A stretch of DNA of 64,000 nt from IMG/VR virus record IMGVR_UViG_3300032665_002303, one strand, 5' to 3'. The translations under genes were made by a program, and so were the position numbers. Shown here one piece after another: positions 59,435 through 64,000 of this stretch (its first letter is position 1; the number at the start of each line of letters is the position of its first letter). The notes below the pieces were generated by a model, which saw nothing but the letters and a program-made list of their open reading frames with translations, ran no database searches and was not told the origin of the DNA. The DNA comes from an uncultured virus (IMG/VR IMGVR_UViG_3300032665_002303). Taxonomy: Duplodnaviria; Heunggongvirae; Uroviricota; Caudoviricetes.

Positions 59435-59920
59435 ATGACACCAATCAAGAAATACCCAAAGAACCACAAGGGCGGAGTGCCACTGGCAGAGTATAAAAAC
59501 CTGATGAAGCACTATGATAATATGACTACATATGCGGCCGTACAGGAGCAAGAGGCTAAAGATCAAAAAGCAAAACAGGAGCACCTTGTAAAAGAGCTGA
59601 AATCCAAGTGCGATCTGAATGTATCGTACTTGAGCCAGCTACACAAGATAGAAATGGACCGAGCCGAGAACACTACAACCATAAAAACAGTAGGTGACGC
59701 AATAAACTACACCGTCCACTTCCTGGCTAACTTCAAAATACAGGACAAGGCAGAGATCATCAAGCAGATATCGGCTAACTTTCTAAAGCAAGAGCGCGAG
59801 CGCCTAGCTGCCATGAAAAATGAAGTGGGATTCAACGAGGAGATACTATCTCAGTATACAAGTTCTATGGAGAAGTTTTCAAGAGGAGATGTGTTCTTAT
59901 CTCCGGAGAGTTTTAAATGA
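59435..59920 (+). CDS. Hypothetical coiled-coil protein
   Basis: 161-aa ORF between repeats. Confidence 0.6.
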   Translation: MTPIKKYPKNHKGGVPLAEYKNLMKHYDNMTTYAAVQEQEAKDQKAKQEHLVKELKSKCDLNVSYLSQLHKIEMDRAENTTTIKTVGDAINYTVHFLANFKIQDKAEIIKQISANFLKQERERLAAMKNEVGFNEEILSQYTSSMEKFSRGDVFLSPESFK

Positions 59921-59941
59921 CTTTTAAGCCAGCGGGCGTCG

Positions 59942-60784
59942 CTATGATTAAACATCGTTGCGACGCTCCGTTCGACTTCATACTTTCAATTTCACACACA
60001 AATTAAAATAGGTATGTGCAAAGAGCATCCAATATTATTTTCTACACCAATGGTGGAGGCTATTATTGACGGAAGAAAAACAATGACGAGGCGCATAGTT
60101 AAGCCAATGAGGTCCCAGAGGTGGCTATCGATGGATACGCTATTAAAATCGCCATCGGCCTATATGTGCATTATTGACGGAGATGATTGGGCGCAATTCA
60201 GGCACCCATTAGCCGGACAGTTTGCGTTCGGTGTTCAAAATGAGGAAGATAGCCCCTTAACCTGCATTAAACACCCTTACGGGAATATCGGGGATGTGTT
60301 ATATGTTCGCGAAACATGGCAGCACACGGATAGTCTTGGAGTAAATAGGGAGGATGAAAATTCGGGCTATATCTACAAGGCTAGTGAGAATGGTAGGGAG
60401 TGGGAATCCAGCGATGATAATTGGATATGGAAGCCTTCTATTTTTCTGCCAAAAGAAGGATCGAGAATATGGATTCAGATATCCGATATAAAGATGGAGC
60501 GACTACAAGATATTTCGCAAGAAGATGCAAGGCTGGAGGGTATTTTACCGGCGCCACATAGGCCGTCAATGCCGTCTTGCCCATTACATAAAGATAAATC
60601 AATGCATAGAGATTGCTTCGTGTGTGCATTTAAAACGCTATGGAATAAAATAAATGGAAAGTCTGGGAATGGGTGGCTTATAAATCCGTGGGTGTGGGCA
60701 ATATCTTACAATGTGTTATCTACAACAGGCAGGCCAAATAGTATTCCTGTTTTTGAACGGAGCGTCGCCACTGAAGCTAAATAG
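59942..60784. repeat. Inverted repeat pair H (reverse 59942-59973, forward 60755-60784)
   Basis: CTATGATTAAACATCGTTGCGACGCTCCGTTC ... GAACGGAGCGTCGCCACTGAAGCTAAATAG. Confidence 0.9.
60014..60784 (+). CDS. Phage ASCH/PUA-like protein, ending ERSVATEAK
   Basis: PILFSTPMVEAIIDGRKTMTRR, GDVLYVRETW, WKPSIFLP, ERLQDIS, NPWVW family motifs. Confidence 0.7.
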   Translation: MCKEHPILFSTPMVEAIIDGRKTMTRRIVKPMRSQRWLSMDTLLKSPSAYMCIIDGDDWAQFRHPLAGQFAFGVQNEEDSPLTCIKHPYGNIGDVLYVRETWQHTDSLGVNREDENSGYIYKASENGREWESSDDNWIWKPSIFLPKEGSRIWIQISDIKMERLQDISQEDARLEGILPAPHRPSMPSCPLHKDKSMHRDCFVCAFKTLWNKINGKSGNGWLINPWVWAISYNVLSTTGRPNSIPVFERSVATEAK

Positions 60785-60811
60785 TAAGGAAAAAGCTAAG
60801 TACCCAAAATT

Positions 60812-61123
60812 ATGCCCAGACTACCTACCATAAGAACCCTAAGAGAATGTATTACCTGGTATACTAACAAGTATTATGAGCTAGTAACAACAGATATAAG
60901 ATCAAGAGAAAGAGCACACATAGAACTTATAGAAGAAGTTAACGAAAGATACCTGCTTGTATTAAAAAAATGTATACCAGAACAATATGAAGAAGGTAAA
61001 GATGCTTTTATAAGGAACATAGACTTTCTTACACAAGTATTTACTAAAAAAAGGATGAGAGAAGAAAAGGAAATGGCATTACAGGAGTTCAAAAATAAAA
61101 TTCAGGGAGCCAGCGGCCGGTAA
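60812..61123 (+). CDS. Hypothetical protein
   Basis: 103-aa ORF between repeats. Confidence 0.55.
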   Translation: MPRLPTIRTLRECITWYTNKYYELVTTDIRSRERAHIELIEEVNERYLLVLKKCIPEQYEEGKDAFIRNIDFLTQVFTKKRMREEKEMALQEFKNKIQGASGR

Positions 61124-61177
61124 TAAATTAAGCCAAGTTGCGACGCTCCGTTCATCTTCATACTTTCAATTAAAAAC

Positions 61178-61501
61178 ATGTCAACCATAGAAATAAATAA
61201 TGAATTACTTGGAAATCTGTCATTCGATAAGTTTGATGCCCTTTGCAATGCCCTAAAATGCACCGCCCTCGGCAAGACCAAAAAAAATACGTGGATAATA
61301 GAGGCAGAGGATCCAATTAGTTTATTTAATCTTGGCGGACATCTTGAAATGGAAATTGAATTTATTTCAACTACCAGTACAGATGATGGAAGAAAGGAGG
61401 TTGTCAAAGTTAAAAACATGAATACGAAACAATTCAACGTGTTTGTGGGCGAAGTAATCATGGCGCAAAGCGATGTTGCTAAACCAGAAAACGGTAATTA
61501 A
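61178..61501 (+). CDS. Hypothetical protein inside pair I
   Basis: 107-aa ORF. Confidence 0.55.
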   Translation: MSTIEINNELLGNLSFDKFDALCNALKCTALGKTKKNTWIIEAEDPISLFNLGGHLEMEIEFISTTSTDDGRKEVVKVKNMNTKQFNVFVGEVIMAQSDVAKPENGN

Positions 61502-61523
61502 TAATTATTTTAAAATACAGACA

Positions 61524-61766
61524 ATGATTGACCAATTGAAGGTAGCACAAGTGATATTGTGCGAAAAAATATCAAGGGGAGACGGAAAGGATACGCCCAT
61601 TCGCAAAATTATGGAGGTTGTTGACTTGGATGGAAAATTCATAGCTGAGTATGATTTTTTAAGTTTTACTATAGAGGAGGTGATGGAATTATTACCGAGT
61701 ATAGATGTTGATACAAGGGCCTCTATATATAGATCGCTATTAAAAGCCCGGGACTGCGCAAGGTGA
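61524..61766 (+). CDS. Hypothetical protein inside pair I
   Basis: ATG 61524; RGDGKDTPIR motif. Confidence 0.55.
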   Translation: MIDQLKVAQVILCEKISRGDGKDTPIRKIMEVVDLDGKFIAEYDFLSFTIEEVMELLPSIDVDTRASIYRSLLKARDCAR

Positions 61767-61833
61767 TGTCGCTGAACGGAGCGTCGCCACTGAAGCCAAA
61801 TAGATAAACTAACTTCTGCTTAAAAATATTTTT

Positions 61834-62472
61834 ATGAACACAAACTTAGAATTCCGTATCTGGGACAAACAAGAAAAGAAATGGGCAGCCCAATCTCACT
61901 ATACAGAGGCGATTCTGCTATCTGCAGCAGGGGATATTGTAACCGTAGATAACAATGGCAGAATGTTATGCAGCCAACCAGGATTCAGGTACGAAGTAAG
62001 TCAATACACCGGCTTCAAGGACAAGGAAGGAGTAAAAGCATTTACCGGGGATAAGGTGGAGTATTACAATAAGGAGGGTGGTGAAATAGTTTTTTCAGAT
62101 CACCATGGCGCATATATGATAGATGGAAAAGGAAGGGGTATGCGCGGTATGTCAAATGGTTCGTGGAAGATAGTAGGAAGCAAATGGGAAGAGAAGCCGG
62201 AGCCCGCACCAAATTCTCCAGCCCACCGCAAAACCAAAGAGGAGATAGCGGATGATATTCTTAGGTATCTAAGAGGAAGCGCCAATCCAAGGGTGGTAGA
62301 TTTATTGTCCAAAAAGCGACCACCACTCTGCCTGCGTCCCCGCCACATAGTAGAAACACAAAGAATGGGAGAGATAAACGTTGCTATATCCCGTTACCTG
62401 GTAGAAGGAAAAGGAATACCAAAAGAGTGGATAGAGGAATTGCAGGAGCTTAATGATAAAAGGGGGATGTAG
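61834..62472 (+). CDS. YopX-family protein with C-terminal extension
   Basis: EFRIWDK...SQYTGFKDKEG...GDKV. Confidence 0.7.
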   Translation: MNTNLEFRIWDKQEKKWAAQSHYTEAILLSAAGDIVTVDNNGRMLCSQPGFRYEVSQYTGFKDKEGVKAFTGDKVEYYNKEGGEIVFSDHHGAYMIDGKGRGMRGMSNGSWKIVGSKWEEKPEPAPNSPAHRKTKEEIADDILRYLRGSANPRVVDLLSKKRPPLCLRPRHIVETQRMGEINVAISRYLVEGKGIPKEWIEELQELNDKRGM

Positions 62473-62547
62473 CCAGCGGCGGTGCCGTGATTAGGCAGCC
62501 GTTGCGACGCTCCGTTCGACTGAATTTAACAATTAAACAACCATATT

Positions 62548-63030
62548 ATGCAGGGACTTACACCAAGCCAATTATCAGAGGTATCAGAATTCGTACAGAA
62601 ACACCATAAATTTGGATATGTCAGAGAGGATGATAGATACGCAGGGCATGAAGGGTACTGTATAAAGTATATTGATGCTTGCTATGACTCTCGGCAGGCT
62701 GATTTTTGGGCTATAACATTCAGGGGTTGTGGTAGAATTAACTTCTCCACGAACTCTCAATATCCAAAACCATATACTACATTATTTGATTGGATAATGG
62801 GTTTTTTAAAATACGAATGGCTGCAAGAGGGGAAAAGATATGATCACATGTCAGAAAAGTCGGAAGCCCTGCTGGTTAATAGTTTCCCTAATGGAGAGAT
62901 AGAAACAGAATGGAGCGATATTGATATGATGAATGCTTATTGTGCAGATTTGGAAGACGGAGCAACTTCAGATGATATGGCAGATGCTTGTAAGTGGGTC
63001 ATTCAATATAGAGAAAAACAGAATAAATAA
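62548..63030 (+). CDS. Hypothetical protein
   Basis: 160-aa ORF with A-rich leader. Confidence 0.6.
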   Translation: MQGLTPSQLSEVSEFVQKHHKFGYVREDDRYAGHEGYCIKYIDACYDSRQADFWAITFRGCGRINFSTNSQYPKPYTTLFDWIMGFLKYEWLQEGKRYDHMSEKSEALLVNSFPNGEIETEWSDIDMMNAYCADLEDGATSDDMADACKWVIQYREKQNK

Positions 63031-63056
63031 CCGACCGTACAAGAATTAAACAGTTT

Positions 63057-63368
63057 ATGGGATTAAATATAAGTATATATCGGGTCAATATTCAATTAGA
63101 CGATGAGGGGTATTTTGTATCAGAAGAGAGGGTAAATGAACAAGTTGGCTGGGATAGCCTCAGATATGCGGGGGATACTGATTTTTCCAAAGCGAATTTA
63201 TGTCTTCAAATAAAAGACAGAGAGAGTGTATATTACCGTCCTGAAAATTTCGAATCAACGTTTGCTTGGATAAACGGAATTGTTCCTACTGGAAATAAAA
63301 ACAGATGGATTGAAATTCTAAATAAAATGAAAGGACAACCAGACTTATATTTCTTCTTTGGATGGTGA
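63057..63368 (+). CDS. Hypothetical phage protein
   Basis: MGLNISIYR-type N-terminus common in small phage proteins. Confidence 0.6.
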   Translation: MGLNISIYRVNIQLDDEGYFVSEERVNEQVGWDSLRYAGDTDFSKANLCLQIKDRESVYYRPENFESTFAWINGIVPTGNKNRWIEILNKMKGQPDLYFFFGW

Positions 63369-63758
63369 GTAGCAAACCGACCGTACAAGTGTGCGACGCA
63401 ACGCAGCCGATAGTAGCAACAAATCTGACAACCAAAAATTTACATACAATGCAAACAGAAATACCTTTTAAGATCGAAGGAAATACAGCCCCATTTACAT
63501 GCAGGAGCAGAAGAAGGCGCTGTGGAAGCAATTTGTGAATAGATTTGAGGTGCTAAAAGAGAAAGCGCAGAGTACATATCCAAACGGAAAGCCATGGGAG
63601 GACATTCTGGCTGAAATGTTGCAAAACGAATATAATCTGACGGTAAAGTAAATATCCTTTCCTCTTGAAACAAGAACGCCCGCTATATGCGGGCGTTTAC
63701 TTTTGTATGGAATAGCTAAATTATTAATAGAACCCAGAACGGAGCGTCGCAACGATGC

Positions 63759-63965
63759 CTAATCAGTGGCCTCCGGCCGGCCCAACGGTTCATCAAAACT
63801 AACAGTAATAATACACCCACTATCAGTAAGAGAGAATATTATCTTACGCAACTCCTTTCTTGTTTCAAAGCGGCTGGTCTTGATAACACTCTCTAGTTTG
63901 GCGGCAGAAGGGTTTACTATTGTTATATGCCCTCCATTGTATAAATACTTTTTGTTTACAGGCAT
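63759..63965 (-). CDS. Small hypothetical protein
   Basis: Preceded on the minus strand by GCTAAGTACCCAAAA, the leader seen after other repeats. Confidence 0.5.
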   Translation of the reverse strand: MPVNKKYLYNGGHITIVNPSAAKLESVIKTSRFETRKELRKIIFSLTDSGCIITVSFDEPLGRPEATD

Positions 63966-64000
63966 AAAAAGGTTTTTGGGTACTTAGCCATAGGAATACA

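Larger units (their letters stand above)
61137..61803. repeat. Inverted repeat pair I (reverse 61137-61153, forward 61774-61803)
   Basis: GTTGCGACGCTCCGTTC ... GAACGGAGCGTCGCCACTGAAGCCAAATAG. Confidence 0.9.
62500..63763. repeat. Inverted repeat pair J (reverse 62500-62517, forward 63737-63763), with a variant copy at ~63387-63413 between them
   Basis: CGTTGCGACGCTCCGTTC ... GAACGGAGCGTCGCAACGATGCCTAAT. Confidence 0.85.

Noticed and set aside
63449..63651. Possible frameshifted ORF at the CCCC run near 63489
   Set aside because: An internal ATG gives an adequate short ORF and there is no homology evidence for a fusion.
13302..63763. Repeats as integron attC sites or IS/MITE terminal repeats
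   Set aside because: There are no RYYYAAC/GTTRRRY boxes forming a single-site hairpin and no integrase. Conservation is strongest at the inner rather than outer ends, I saw no target duplications, and the motif does not resemble the IS1595 TIRs.

Overview
This window looks like the virion-structure and packaging half of a large Bacteroidota phage or prophage with crAss-like, podovirus-type gene order. Host assignment rests on TAnnTTTG promoters and AT-rich leaders lacking Shine-Dalgarno sequences. Genes include a fibre-like protein, a tail stabilisation-like protein, GroEL, a multi-domain GroES, holins and a GH25 endolysin. These are followed by portal, scaffold, major capsid, ring/tail proteins, ejection-like proteins, a 3368-aa polyvalent protein and terminase. 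Most structural calls rest on synteny and size rather than recognised motifs. There are two IS1595-family transposases. The first lies in a TIR-bounded ~2.9-kb element carrying a Dam methylase, a PD-(D/E)XK nuclease and an initiator tRNA-Met. The most striking unexplained structure is a dispersed ~30-bp repeat, GAACGGAGCGTCGC(AACGAT|CACTGAA)GCTAAATAG. By eye I count 29 core copies (19 on +, 10 on -) plus about 5 variants. Ten inverted pairs bracket small accessory genes inserted between backbone genes, and 8 of the 10 have a fixed subtype polarity. The repeat is also translated in one constant frame (ERSVATEAK), as the C-terminus of four proteins and around a domain of the giant protein. No recombinase is visible in the window. 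All calls were made by eye, without database searches.
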